Source of the DNA: Bacteroidales bacterium
GTDB taxonomy: Bacteria > Bacteroidota > Bacteroidia > Bacteroidales > CAIWKO01
Assembly: GCA_035389045.1 (NCBI GenBank)
Contig: DAOORA010000006.1
Location: 1-64,000 of the forward strand
Direction: 5' to 3'
Length of the DNA stretch: 64,000 bases
In this document: positions 38,197-48,593 of the stretch, piece after piece
How positions within the stretch are numbered: position 1 is the stretch's first letter
How the letters are laid out: each line of letters starts with the position of its first letter
Notes under the pieces: generated by a model
Databases searched by the model: none
Seen by the model: only the letters and a program-made list of their open reading frames with translations
Told to the model about the DNA's origin: nothing
Translations under genes and position numbers: made by a program

Positions 38197-39873
38197 TCAG
38201 AAATCATAATGACGTTCAGGGACAGACATCCTGATACCCAAAGAAATTACATTTGCCGAACCGGACTGCTGTTTTGAAGTTAAACTACGGTAATAATAGC
38301 TTAAAAAGATACGCAGGTTGTTTTTCGGATTCAGCAGGTAGGTCACACTGATGGAATAATAACCTATTCTTGTTTTAATGCCTTGTCCGATTTCATTTCC
38401 ATAGGTCGTCAATACCACATTGTCAACCATTGGGTCGTAGGCATCCCAGGCCGGCTTGTAAATATCCCGGCCTACATTGCTGTTCACGCTGTCTGTGCCT
38501 GTAATGGTATAATTAGCATGGGCTTCAAAAAACCAACGATGATAACTATACCTCAGAAACAAAGCCGTTTCAAAGAAATTTGCACCGCCGGGATGCGCCA
38601 GCGGCTGATTGTAATGCCCGTAATTCTGGATAACTATACGGTGGGCATAGGTGTATGGACGCGCAAAATTCACCTCAAACAAGGCTGAAAGATTTTTAAT
38701 TTTGAAAAGGTCATAAGATTTTACACCTAACTGCCAGGCCTGTTTATTAGTCCAGAAACCCCAGGTTAAAGCGCTATCGTCAGGATGAATAATATGCCGG
38801 ATCCGGTTGCCGATACCTTTTTTAATTTCACTGAAGATCATATCATCAATGAGCAACTGTCCGTAAAAGGATGTTTTTTTACCCACTTTCACTCTCAGGC
38901 TGATCCCCAGCAGTGAGTTGTCCGGCGAGCCCCTCTGAAATTCAACAGGCCGCAAAAAAATTACCGGATTCAGATAGGCCACATCAAAACCACGGGTACC
39001 ATTACTGGTCCTGCCCTGCCAGATGATGGATTCAAAAAATCCAAAATTTACACGCTTTGAAATGTCCCAGCTCAGGTAATGAAAAGCGCCGAATTTGTTG
39101 CCCATATTTCTCCAGCGTGATGAAGAAAAATCTGACATGTCTTTAAAATTCGTGTAAAGATTTACAAACTTTATTTTCCATACATTGGTGGTGAGTTTCA
39201 GATACGGGTAATTATAAGCGGCATCAGACAGAAACAGCGAGCGGTAACCATCGCCCCAGAAATTTTTTCCAAAACCGGCTTCAAGTGTAAAATATTTCAG
39301 AAATTCGTAAGATACATAGAAGTTATAATCCAGATAATTATAACCGCCTAAAAGTGATTTATAAGTATAGCCGTGTCCTGGCAGAGCCCTTGAAGTCTTT
39401 ACCATTTCATCAACATAATCAGGAAATGACGACTGCCAGTACATTATTGTTCCTCCGGCAGACACTTTATCGTAAAAGACCGATTGAATACGGGCACCTA
39501 TCCCCGATTCAGACAAGGCTTTCTTTCCTGAAAAATCAAACCCACCCGAGATATCGATCACCGGGTCGGCGGCAAAAAAGACCTCTGAATCATCATAAAT
39601 AAATGTGTTTTGTGTAAGAACTTTTTTGTAAAATTTAGTTTCAGCAGGTATTTTATAATTAAAAATGCTGTCGGCATCCAACACCTCTCGCACCTCCTTT
39701 TCGTAATAAGGTTGCACATCGGGGTGAAAGCGTGTCTGATAAGAATATAGCTTTGCGTTGACCAATTCACGCGCACCGGAAAAAAGTTCATTATGCAATT
39801 GCTGTGCATCAACCATGAACCCCAGCATGACTGTTAACAGGAAAAGAATACTATTTTTAAAATTGCTTGTCAA
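38197..39873 (-). CDS. Outer-membrane barrel, Wzi/RemB-like (paralog B)
   Basis: KNFWGDGYRSLFLSD, YLNPVIFLRPVE, RPYTYAH, HYNQPLAHP.GANF, C-terminal YDF; TTG start. Confidence 0.75.
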   Translation of the reverse strand: MTSNFKNSILFLLTVMLGFMVDAQQLHNELFSGARELVNAKLYSYQTRFHPDVQPYYEKEVREVLDADSIFNYKIPAETKFYKKVLTQNTFIYDDSEVFFAADPVIDISGGFDFSGKKALSESGIGARIQSVFYDKVSAGGTIMYWQSSFPDYVDEMVKTSRALPGHGYTYKSLLGGYNYLDYNFYVSYEFLKYFTLEAGFGKNFWGDGYRSLFLSDAAYNYPYLKLTTNVWKIKFVNLYTNFKDMSDFSSSRWRNMGNKFGAFHYLSWDISKRVNFGFFESIIWQGRTSNGTRGFDVAYLNPVIFLRPVEFQRGSPDNSLLGISLRVKVGKKTSFYGQLLIDDMIFSEIKKGIGNRIRHIIHPDDSALTWGFWTNKQAWQLGVKSYDLFKIKNLSALFEVNFARPYTYAHRIVIQNYGHYNQPLAHPGGANFFETALFLRYSYHRWFFEAHANYTITGTDSVNSNVGRDIYKPAWDAYDPMVDNVVLTTYGNEIGQGIKTRIGYYSISVTYLLNPKNNLRIFLSYYYRSLTSKQQSGSANVISLGIRMSVPERHYDF

Positions 39874-39882
39874 AAATTTTTA

Positions 39883-41496
39883 TTAAAAATCATTATATAT
39901 GTTAGTCAGCGATGTTTTAAATCCAAAATAAAAATAATGAGTTAACTGCTTATCACTATCGTTGTTCAACATTCGCGCATAATATCCGGCTTCAAAGATC
40001 AGGTTTGTCTTAGGGTTAAAAAGATAACTTACCCTAAGCCCCGCATTCATTATTCCGGTTTTTACACCCTGTGCAATATGGTTCCCATCTGACCTGAACC
40101 CGTTTTGTGCTTTGGCCTGAGAGATGAAAACATCCTGTCCCCAATTGGTGTTGCTTGTATCAAGCCCTGTAATGGCATAATTAAACTGCAATTCGGAAAA
40201 TATTCTGCCGTAACGGTAATTCAGAAAGGCGATTATCTCCCTGAAATTGGCGCCCAGCGGATGTGTCAGCGACTGATTGTAATGTGTATAACTTTGCAAC
40301 GGGTTGGGATGAGCATAGGCATAAGGACGTACCTGATTATATTCAAGCTGTGCATTGAAATTTTTTATCCTGAACATATCGAAGTATTTGGCTCCCAGCT
40401 GAAACCCATACGTATTTCCCTGGTACCCTTTGGCAAATAACTTATTGATTTTCAGGTTATCAATCATCAGTTGTCCGAATAATTTCAATGATGCCACCGG
40501 CTTGTAAGCGGCTGTAACTCCCAGCATTGCATTATCCTGATTGGAAAGCGAATAATGCACCGTGTTCACCAGGATAACAGGAATAAGGCTGTTATAATTA
40601 AACTTGTGGTTTTTTGCAGACGCCTTCCAGATGATTCCTTCAAAAAGCCCCAGTTCAAGTTTTTTTCCGATACGAAAACCCGCATAGTTAAAAGTTCCGG
40701 GTTTGGTCTGGTATCCATGATACCAAAGATAAGGTGTATCCAAAACGCTTTTGGTGTTCAGATTCTGAAACGCGGTGAAAATAGTCTGGTAATAAAACCA
40801 TTTGTAATTTACAAAAATCTTCAGAAAAGGATATTGGTAGCTGTTATCCGAAAGCAACAAGGACCGGTATCCATCGCCGATAAAGTTTTTATCAAAACCA
40901 AATTGTATATTCCAATGAGGATCAGGGCTGTATGAAACCAGCCCGTAAGGGGTGCCGTAATCATAGCCGCCTGCCTTGAAATTTTTTACCCGTCCTGTGC
41001 CGGGGCCGACTTCATATTTTTTTATAAAACCGGTTATATAGTCAGGAAATCTTGCCTGGGTTTCGTAATAACTGCTGATAAAATAAAGATTTTGGCCGAT
41101 AGCGCCCCGGAGTTGAACGCCACGGGTGTTAAAATAAAGATTTTTATCATCCGCCAACGATCTTCCATAACCAAAATTGAATAATGGACTGATAAAAAGA
41201 TGAAAGTCTCCCTGATGAACAACAATCAGGTCTTCACGGAATATCTTTCGTATGATCCAGCGCTCTTTTTCTTTAGGTTTCCTGCAGCCCGGCGTTAATG
41301 CCGAATCAGGGTTTACAGCCTGTTCTATAAAACTTTTATTATAAGGTTTTAATGCAGTGAACGCCCTGGAATCTGCTTTGTTTAAATACTTATCCAGTGT
41401 AAAAACAATATCGCGCTGCAGCGGGATATTCTCCTGTGCAAATCCCCCTAAAACGATCATAGAAAGCAGTAACGATATAACGATCTTTTTCGTCAT
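39883..41496 (-). CDS. Outer-membrane barrel, Wzi/RemB-like (paralog A)
   Basis: KNFIGDGYRSLLLSD, EYNQVRPY.Y.H, HYNQ.L.HPLGANF.E, C-terminal YNDF. Confidence 0.75.
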   Translation of the reverse strand: MTKKIVISLLLSMIVLGGFAQENIPLQRDIVFTLDKYLNKADSRAFTALKPYNKSFIEQAVNPDSALTPGCRKPKEKERWIIRKIFREDLIVVHQGDFHLFISPLFNFGYGRSLADDKNLYFNTRGVQLRGAIGQNLYFISSYYETQARFPDYITGFIKKYEVGPGTGRVKNFKAGGYDYGTPYGLVSYSPDPHWNIQFGFDKNFIGDGYRSLLLSDNSYQYPFLKIFVNYKWFYYQTIFTAFQNLNTKSVLDTPYLWYHGYQTKPGTFNYAGFRIGKKLELGLFEGIIWKASAKNHKFNYNSLIPVILVNTVHYSLSNQDNAMLGVTAAYKPVASLKLFGQLMIDNLKINKLFAKGYQGNTYGFQLGAKYFDMFRIKNFNAQLEYNQVRPYAYAHPNPLQSYTHYNQSLTHPLGANFREIIAFLNYRYGRIFSELQFNYAITGLDTSNTNWGQDVFISQAKAQNGFRSDGNHIAQGVKTGIMNAGLRVSYLFNPKTNLIFEAGYYARMLNNDSDKQLTHYFYFGFKTSLTNIYNDF

Positions 41497-42170
41497 CAGG
41501 ATTTATTTCCTTCTATAACAATTACTATTTCGCCTTTAACTATTTTATCCCTGAAATGAAGTGCTATCTCCATGAGGCTTCCGCGAATAACTTCTTCGTG
41601 AATTTTTGTCAACTCACGGATTACGGCAGCTTTTCGGTTTTCTCCAAAAAATCCGGCACATTGCTCAAGGGTGTGGACAAGCCGGTACGGTGATTCGTAA
41701 AAAACGACGGTTGCCGGCATTTGTGCCAGGAACGAGAGTCGTGTTTGCCGGCCTTTTTTGTGAGGCAGAAAACCTTCAAAGTAAAAACGGTCGCAGGGAA
41801 TCCCGGAAACCACCAGAGCAGGAACAAAAGCTGTTGGCCCCGGAAGACATTCTACGTCAATACCTTCACTGATACATTCACGCACCATAAGAAATCCCGC
41901 ATCCGAGATACCCGGAGTACCCGCATCGCTGATCATGGCCATATTTTCGCCGGCTTTAATCCGGGTTACCAAAGCTTGCAGGCATCGGTGTTCATTAAAC
42001 TGATGATAGGCTATCATTCTGCCGGAGATACCATAGCGTTTCATCAGGACACTGCTGGTACGTGTATCCTCAGCTAATATCACATCGGCCTGTTTAAGAA
42101 TATTGACCGCACGAATGGTGATATCTTCAAGATTTCCTATCGGCGTAGGAACGATGTAGAGCTTTGACAT
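41496..42170 (-). CDS. rsmI: 16S rRNA (cytidine1402-2'-O)-methyltransferase
   Basis: VPTPIGNLEDIT.RA, AEDTR, SDAGTPGISD, FEGFLP, YESP.R, RELTK.HEE. Confidence 0.96.
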   Translation of the reverse strand: MSKLYIVPTPIGNLEDITIRAVNILKQADVILAEDTRTSSVLMKRYGISGRMIAYHQFNEHRCLQALVTRIKAGENMAMISDAGTPGISDAGFLMVRECISEGIDVECLPGPTAFVPALVVSGIPCDRFYFEGFLPHKKGRQTRLSFLAQMPATVVFYESPYRLVHTLEQCAGFFGENRKAAVIRELTKIHEEVIRGSLMEIALHFRDKIVKGEIVIVIEGNKS

Positions 42171-42275
42171 GGCCTGTTTTTAGCGGAATAAAAGTAAAAA
42201 TTTTTAGTGAAATACCTGAAAAAAGGCTTATTTAATTTATAATAAGTTACATTTGTGTCTGATAAATGCTGATAC

Positions 42276-43007
42276 ATGAAACTTGTTGTTGACCTGGGAA
42301 ATACCCTGAAGAAAGTATCCGTTTTCGCAGGCAATACCCAGAAATACATTGAATGCGCTGAAAACATTGAGAACAGTATTGAAACGATCTTCACAACATT
42401 TTCTGTGACATCAGCCATTATTTCGTCGGTAATACCGGACTTTCGGAAACTTGCCGGTTTAATTTCAGCAAAATGCCCGTTGCTGATTTTAGACGACCAT
42501 ACTCCTGTTCCGATAAAAAACGCCTATCTGTCGCCCGAAACTCTTGGCAAAGACCGTCTGGCATCTGCAGTAGCCGCTGCTACGATGTTTCCCGGAGAAA
42601 ATGTACTGATTATAGATGCCGGAAGCTGTATCAAATACGATTTCATTGACTCCTCTGCCACCTATCATGGCGGGGCCATATCACCCGGACTGCACATGAG
42701 ATTGAAAGCACTGCATACTTTTACCGGAAAACTTCCGTTAATACAGTTGTCCGGAAATATTCAGCTTACCGGAAAAAACACACAGCAATCCATATTATCG
42801 GGCGTGGTTAACGGAGCAGTCGCTGAGACAGACGGAATAATTGAGCAATACAGGATACAATATCCGGATATAAAAGTGATATTATCCGGTGGCGATTCGG
42901 CATATTTGGTCAATAAACTAAAAAGTAAGATATTTGCTGTTTCAAATATGGTTTTATTGGGCTTGAAAATAATTCTGGATTATAATGACGATATTAAACA
43001 AAAATAA
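42276..43007 (+). CDS. coaX: Type III pantothenate kinase
   Basis: VDLGNT..K, SSV, LGKDR, IDAGSC, GGAISPG, SGGD. Confidence 0.93.
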   Translation: MKLVVDLGNTLKKVSVFAGNTQKYIECAENIENSIETIFTTFSVTSAIISSVIPDFRKLAGLISAKCPLLILDDHTPVPIKNAYLSPETLGKDRLASAVAAATMFPGENVLIIDAGSCIKYDFIDSSATYHGGAISPGLHMRLKALHTFTGKLPLIQLSGNIQLTGKNTQQSILSGVVNGAVAETDGIIEQYRIQYPDIKVILSGGDSAYLVNKLKSKIFAVSNMVLLGLKIILDYNDDIKQK

Positions 43008-44274
43008 ATTTTTTCTCTTTCTGATTCTGACCCTGGCCTTTACAGATATCGGTTTCGCTCAGATACGAATAAGTTCGCCCTATTCCCGTTACGGCCTTGG
43101 CGAATTACAGACCAATCATTCCGTATATACTTCGAGTATGGGTGGTTTAAACATTGCTTTGCGGAATCCGAACTTCATCAATATGAACAATCCGGCTTCT
43201 TATTCTTCATTTGACACCAACTCGTTTATTTTTGACGCCGGCGTGATAAGTACTTTCTCGCAACTTAAGACCAACATTAATTCTCAGGGGTATAATAATC
43301 ATACTTCGCTGGGACATCTGCTGTTTGGATTTCCGGTAACCCGCTGGTGTGGAATATCATTGGGATTAATACCTGTTTCGAAATCAGGATATCTTGTCAA
43401 AGTAGAAGATACCATTGAAGATGCCGGACGTGTCACCGAGCGGTTCACCGGAAGCGGCGGCCTTAGTCATGCCTATCTGGGCGCATCTTTCAAACCTTTT
43501 AAGAATTTTTCTTTCGGAATCAATATCGGTTACCTTTTCGGCACCATCTATAAAGTCCGTGCCGTGGAGTTTCCGGATGACGCCTTTTCTTTCAATGTGC
43601 GTGCAAAAAATGATGTAGAAGTCGGCGGGATTTTTTTAAATTATGGTTTGCAATACCAGATTTTCTTAAAGAAAAATTATACACTGACACTGGGATCCAA
43701 GTTCAATCTTCCTATGAACCTCAATGCAAAGCACACCTTGCTTGACGAACGTTATTCCGGTAGCGAAACCGATATCATCAGCATTAAAGACACTCTGATT
43801 GACATTACAGACAAAAAAGGCAAGATATTTATGCCACTGACCATTGGAGGTGGATTTACGCTTACCAAAAACAATATCTGGATGGTGGGCGCCGATTTTG
43901 ACTGGCAGAACTGGAAAAAATTCAAAAGTTTTGGAGTTTCTGATTCCATTGGCAATAGTTTCATTGTGTCAGCCGGCGGTGAATATACGCCCCAGTATAA
44001 TGCCCTGACCAGCTATTGGAAAAGGATGAATTACCGCGCCGGATTTCATTTCTCTCAGAGTTATTATGAGATCCGAGATACCAAGATCAATGATTTTTCG
44101 GTAAGTATCGGGCTTGGTTTTCCGATCAAAAAAACAAGAACTACGGTGAATGTCGCCTTTGAAGCCGGCACCAAAGGCACCATCAGCAAAAACCTGTTAC
44201 AGGAGAATTATTTCCGCCTGATCGTTGGTATTGCGTTCAGGGAATTCTGGTTTTTCAGACCAAAGTTGAATTAA
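42985..44274 (+). CDS. Outer-membrane protein (FadL/OmpP1-like barrel)
   Basis: SSPYSRYGLG N-terminus, NPASY, G.GGL, C-terminal WF..PK; positioned between coaX and lptC. Confidence 0.75.
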   Translation: MTILNKNKFFLFLILTLAFTDIGFAQIRISSPYSRYGLGELQTNHSVYTSSMGGLNIALRNPNFINMNNPASYSSFDTNSFIFDAGVISTFSQLKTNINSQGYNNHTSLGHLLFGFPVTRWCGISLGLIPVSKSGYLVKVEDTIEDAGRVTERFTGSGGLSHAYLGASFKPFKNFSFGINIGYLFGTIYKVRAVEFPDDAFSFNVRAKNDVEVGGIFLNYGLQYQIFLKKNYTLTLGSKFNLPMNLNAKHTLLDERYSGSETDIISIKDTLIDITDKKGKIFMPLTIGGGFTLTKNNIWMVGADFDWQNWKKFKSFGVSDSIGNSFIVSAGGEYTPQYNALTSYWKRMNYRAGFHFSQSYYEIRDTKINDFSVSIGLGFPIKKTRTTVNVAFEAGTKGTISKNLLQENYFRLIVGIAFREFWFFRPKLN

Positions 44275-44277
44275 TAA

Positions 44278-44862
44278 ATGAATACACAGTTTGTTTTGTT
44301 GAAAAACCTTATCGTTTTTTCTTTTGTTGCATTACTGACAGCCCCTTCATGTAAAAATAAAATTGAAGATGTAAATGCCTTAGTTTATTCTGATACCAGC
44401 CCGGTTGAAACGGGTAAGACTATTGAAATCGTTTACAGTGATTCTGCTGAAATACAAGCTATTATAAAATCACCCTTTTATAAAAGGTATGCGGGAAAAG
44501 ATCCATATTTAGAGATGCCTCAGGGACTGAATGCCACTTTTTATGATTCGTCTATGCAGGTAAAAACACATCTCACATCAAAATATGCCATCAAATACGA
44601 TAAAAAAAACATCATGGAAGTTAAAAATGATGTGGTGGTTGTTAATGAAAAAGGGGAAAAACTCAATACCGAGCATCTTATCTGGGATGAAAAGACCAGA
44701 AGGATTTATACGGATGTATTTGTGAAAATCACAACCCCGGATAAAGTTTTTTACGGCGACGGCCTGGATGCCGATGACTCCTTCCTGAAATGGGTGATCA
44801 AAAAACCCAGAGGCACTTTTTATATAAATACAGATGATACTGAAAGCGAAAATACCGATTGA
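44278..44862 (+). CDS. lptC: LPS export periplasmic protein LptC (lipoprotein)
   Basis: Lipobox-like PSC, YSDS, E.P.G, L.TE.L.WD...IYTD..V.I, G.G. Confidence 0.8.
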   Translation: MNTQFVLLKNLIVFSFVALLTAPSCKNKIEDVNALVYSDTSPVETGKTIEIVYSDSAEIQAIIKSPFYKRYAGKDPYLEMPQGLNATFYDSSMQVKTHLTSKYAIKYDKKNIMEVKNDVVVVNEKGEKLNTEHLIWDEKTRRIYTDVFVKITTPDKVFYGDGLDADDSFLKWVIKKPRGTFYINTDDTESENTD

Positions 44863-44865
44863 GCC

Positions 44866-46152
44866 ATGAACAATTTTATTATTATCGTTATCGCTACCGT
44901 AATATGCTCAGCTTTTTTCTCGGGTATCGAACTGGCATTTATAAGCGCCAATAAACTGAAAATCGAGCTGGATAGGAAAAACAGGCTCTTTTCGGGCAGA
45001 CTGCTTTCAGGTTTTCAGAAAAACCCTTCCGATTTTGTTTCTACGATGTTGTTGGGAAACACTATAACTCTTGTTATTTATGGTATTGCCATGTCCCATT
45101 TGCTTGAAAATCCTATCAGGACTATTTTACCCGGAAGCCTGCAATCCGATTTTATGGTCATGATCCTGCAAACGCTGGCCTCTACCCTGCTGATATTGTT
45201 TGTCGGCGAGTTTGCGCCCAAAGCCATTTTTCGCATTAATCCCAACCGGGTGTTGAAATTTTTTGCCTTTCCTTTATTCCTTTGCTATTACATATTGTTT
45301 CCCATCCAATTTATTTTTGTTGAAATTTCTGAGTTTATTCTTGAATATATTTTCAGGGTGAAACTCAAAACTGAAAAATACAAGTTTAACCATTCCGATC
45401 TTGACAATTATGTCAAAGAATTTTCACCGGCACAAACGCATAACGACAATCAAATACCTGAAATACAAATGTTTCAGAACGCAATTGACTTCACACACAT
45501 TCGGGTACGCGAATGTATGGTGCCGCGCAATGAGATTGTCGCCATCGAAGAAAATGACAGCATCAGCGAACTTATAAAAAAACTGGTCAATACAGGACAC
45601 TCCAAAATTCTTGTATACAAAAAACACATAGATAATATTATTGGATATGTTCATTCCTATGATATTTTTAGCGATCCGAAAGATATCAGATCAATTAATA
45701 AGCCTATAATTATCGTTCCCCAGACCCTGTTAGCCAAGGAGGTACTCCCGATGTTCATACAACAGCACAAAAGTGTAGCGGTAGTGGTTGATGAATTCGG
45801 GGGGACGTCGGGCATGATCACCCTTGAAGACCTGATAGAAGAAATTATCGGGGAAATTAATGATGAGTACGATGAAATTTCTCCCATTGAAAAAAAACTC
45901 AGTGATTATGAATTTGTTTTATCCGGCCGTTTAGAAATAGATTACCTTAATGAAAAATTTCTGCTCGGCATACCGGTAGGCGACGAATATGAAACCCTTG
46001 CCGGCTATATTATTCATAATCTGGAACGTATTCCTGCCGAAAAAGAAAATATCCGCATTGCTCCTTTCGATATTACAATAGTGAAAGCCAGCAACAAACG
46101 TATTGAACAAATTCATCTTGTTGTGAGCGGCGATATTAAGAATTTAGAGTAA
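44866..46152 (+). CDS. HlyC/CorC-family (CNNM/CBS) membrane protein
   Basis: SAFFSG.E.AF, GEF.PK, VRECMVPR, VVDEFGGTSG..TLED..EEI.GEI.DE.D. Confidence 0.92.
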   Translation: MNNFIIIVIATVICSAFFSGIELAFISANKLKIELDRKNRLFSGRLLSGFQKNPSDFVSTMLLGNTITLVIYGIAMSHLLENPIRTILPGSLQSDFMVMILQTLASTLLILFVGEFAPKAIFRINPNRVLKFFAFPLFLCYYILFPIQFIFVEISEFILEYIFRVKLKTEKYKFNHSDLDNYVKEFSPAQTHNDNQIPEIQMFQNAIDFTHIRVRECMVPRNEIVAIEENDSISELIKKLVNTGHSKILVYKKHIDNIIGYVHSYDIFSDPKDIRSINKPIIIVPQTLLAKEVLPMFIQQHKSVAVVVDEFGGTSGMITLEDLIEEIIGEINDEYDEISPIEKKLSDYEFVLSGRLEIDYLNEKFLLGIPVGDEYETLAGYIIHNLERIPAEKENIRIAPFDITIVKASNKRIEQIHLVVSGDIKNLE

Positions 46153-46207
46153 AATTTTTCACATTTCACTTATTGTTGTACATTTGCAAACTTAAAAATA
46201 AAATTTT

Positions 46208-48394
46208 ATGGCAATTATTGGAAAACTAAGAAAACATTCAGCACTAATTGTAATTCTGGTTGGTGTAGCTATTGCTGGTTTTGTTCTGCAGGATTTATTC
46301 AGAAAAAGCGGTGCCGGAGGAGGCGGGCCGGACGAATTTGCAAAGATCGGAGGGGTAAAGATCAGTAAAATTGAATTTGATGCCAAAGTTGATGAACAGG
46401 CAACTCTTTATAAACAACAGGCCAAAAAAGAAAATCTCACTTCTGCCGAGAGTTACCAGATCATGGTTCAAACCTGGAACCAACTGGAAAAAGAAACTAT
46501 CATGCAAAAGGAATTTGAAGAACTCGGACTGGCCATTGAACATGAAAAGACAACCAAACCCTCTATATCTCCCGAAGAACTTTACGATCTGATGATGGGG
46601 AAAAATCTGCATCCTTTTATAATTCAAAACTTTACAGACCCTAATACAGGCAGGGTAAATACACAGCAGATTCAAAATATCATCACAAATTTCGACCAGT
46701 TGAAAGAGGATGAAAAAAAACAGTGGAAAACCCTTGAACAGGCCATTAAAGATGACCGGCTGAATACGAAATATTATACGATGATTGAGAAAAGCTATTA
46801 CATGCCCAAGACGTTCATGCAGCGCTTAACTCAGGATGCCGGAAAAACAGCAACCCTCCGCTATTACGGAATTAAATACCAGACCATTTCGGACAGCGCT
46901 GTTGCCGTCAGTGATGATGATCTTAAAAAATATTATGATGAACATCAATATGAATTTGAGCAGGAAAGAGCCCGCGACATTGACTATGTGATTTTTGAAG
47001 TGGTTCCGTCAAAGAACGACATGGATAAAATAAAAGAAAAAGTGGATACCTTGTTTAAAGGCTTTCAGATTATTAAAGCAGATGAAGTGGAAAATTTCAT
47101 CAGGGCAAACAGTGATGCTCCCTATGACAGTAATTTTTATAAAAAAGGCGAACTTCCCGTAAAACTTGATTCTGTCATTTTTGCTTCACCGGTGGGTACG
47201 ATAATTCCACCATATATTGATAATAATTCATATTACATGGCCCGGCTGATGCAGATTCAGAACCGTCCCGACTCCATAAAGGCGAGTCAGATACTGATTG
47301 CCTATAAGGACGCTCCCAACCCCCTGCAAAACATCACACGTACAAAAGAACAGGCTAAAATGCGTGCAGACAGTTTACTGATCATTGCCCGGCAGGATGT
47401 GAATAATTTTGGCGCCCTGGCCAGCATGAATTCCGATTACCCTTCGGCCAAACAAGACGGCGGAGACCTGGGATGGTTTGTTGACGGCGATGTGAATAAC
47501 AAATTTTTCTTTGACTCTTCCTATATTGCAAAGGTTGGTGATGTAAAAATCATACAGTCAACCATGGGATATCATATTTTATACGTTGCTGATAAAAAAG
47601 CCTCCTTCCAGAAAGCCAAGGTAGCCATTTTGCAGCATGATATAAAGGCAAGCAGTGAAACCTTCAACAAATATCTCTCTGATGCAAGTGCATTTGCCGG
47701 AGAAAGCCGTACTGCAGAGGATTTTAATAAAAATGTGGCTGATAAAGGGCTGAATAAACGTTCGGCGCAGTTTGTCAGGGAAATGGATTATACCATACCG
47801 GGACTTGAATCTGCCAGAGATATCATCAGGTGGGCTTTTAACGAAGAAACTGAAAAAGGCATGGTATCCGAACAGGTTTTTGAAAGTGAAGGAAAATTTG
47901 CCGTGGCCATGCTGGTTGAAAAACGTGAAAAAGGAATTGCCCCGCTGGAGCAGATCGGCAGCTATTTAGCCCCGCTTGCCAAACGTGAGAAAAAAGCAGC
48001 ACAAATTATTGATAAAATCAATGCTGCATCTTCTTCTACAAAAGACCTGTACCAGATCGCCGGCAAATTAAACACAACTGTCGACACTGTAGATGTTACC
48101 TTTTCTGCTGCTAATTTCCCTGCTTACGGCCCCGAGCCTGAACTTATCGGCACAATTTTTACCTTAAAGAAGAATGCCCTCTCTGCTCCCATCAAGGGTA
48201 AAATGGCTGTTTACCAGGTTTTGATTGACAATATCGCTCAGCCGCCCTCGCAGATCAATCCGGATATGATGAACATGCAACTGGCAAGTTATTTCCGGCA
48301 GAGGGTCAGAGGTGATCAGTATAACGAAAGCGACCTGTATAAAGCTATTAAAGACAATACAAAAATCACGGACAACAGGATTTTCTTTTATTAG
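46208..48394 (+). CDS. Peptidyl-prolyl isomerase/chaperone, PpiD-like
   Basis: N-terminal anchor MAIIGKLR, SurA-like N domain, rotamase ASQILI...GGDLGWF...GYHI. Confidence 0.85.
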   Translation: MAIIGKLRKHSALIVILVGVAIAGFVLQDLFRKSGAGGGGPDEFAKIGGVKISKIEFDAKVDEQATLYKQQAKKENLTSAESYQIMVQTWNQLEKETIMQKEFEELGLAIEHEKTTKPSISPEELYDLMMGKNLHPFIIQNFTDPNTGRVNTQQIQNIITNFDQLKEDEKKQWKTLEQAIKDDRLNTKYYTMIEKSYYMPKTFMQRLTQDAGKTATLRYYGIKYQTISDSAVAVSDDDLKKYYDEHQYEFEQERARDIDYVIFEVVPSKNDMDKIKEKVDTLFKGFQIIKADEVENFIRANSDAPYDSNFYKKGELPVKLDSVIFASPVGTIIPPYIDNNSYYMARLMQIQNRPDSIKASQILIAYKDAPNPLQNITRTKEQAKMRADSLLIIARQDVNNFGALASMNSDYPSAKQDGGDLGWFVDGDVNNKFFFDSSYIAKVGDVKIIQSTMGYHILYVADKKASFQKAKVAILQHDIKASSETFNKYLSDASAFAGESRTAEDFNKNVADKGLNKRSAQFVREMDYTIPGLESARDIIRWAFNEETEKGMVSEQVFESEGKFAVAMLVEKREKGIAPLEQIGSYLAPLAKREKKAAQIIDKINAASSSTKDLYQIAGKLNTTVDTVDVTFSAANFPAYGPEPELIGTIFTLKKNALSAPIKGKMAVYQVLIDNIAQPPSQINPDMMNMQLASYFRQRVRGDQYNESDLYKAIKDNTKITDNRIFFY

Positions 48395-48593
48395 CAATTT
48401 GTGAAATCCCGATATTATAAGGTCTGCGCATTCTTTATCCCGAAGGCTTGATAATAAGATTGTTAATAATGTTTTATACTCTTTAATATCAACAATTATA
48501 CAGGGTTATTTATTATTTTTATTCGCAGTCATATTGTAATTATAATAATATCAATAGTGGATCTTCAAATACAGAATCGGAAGTATTCAGAAT

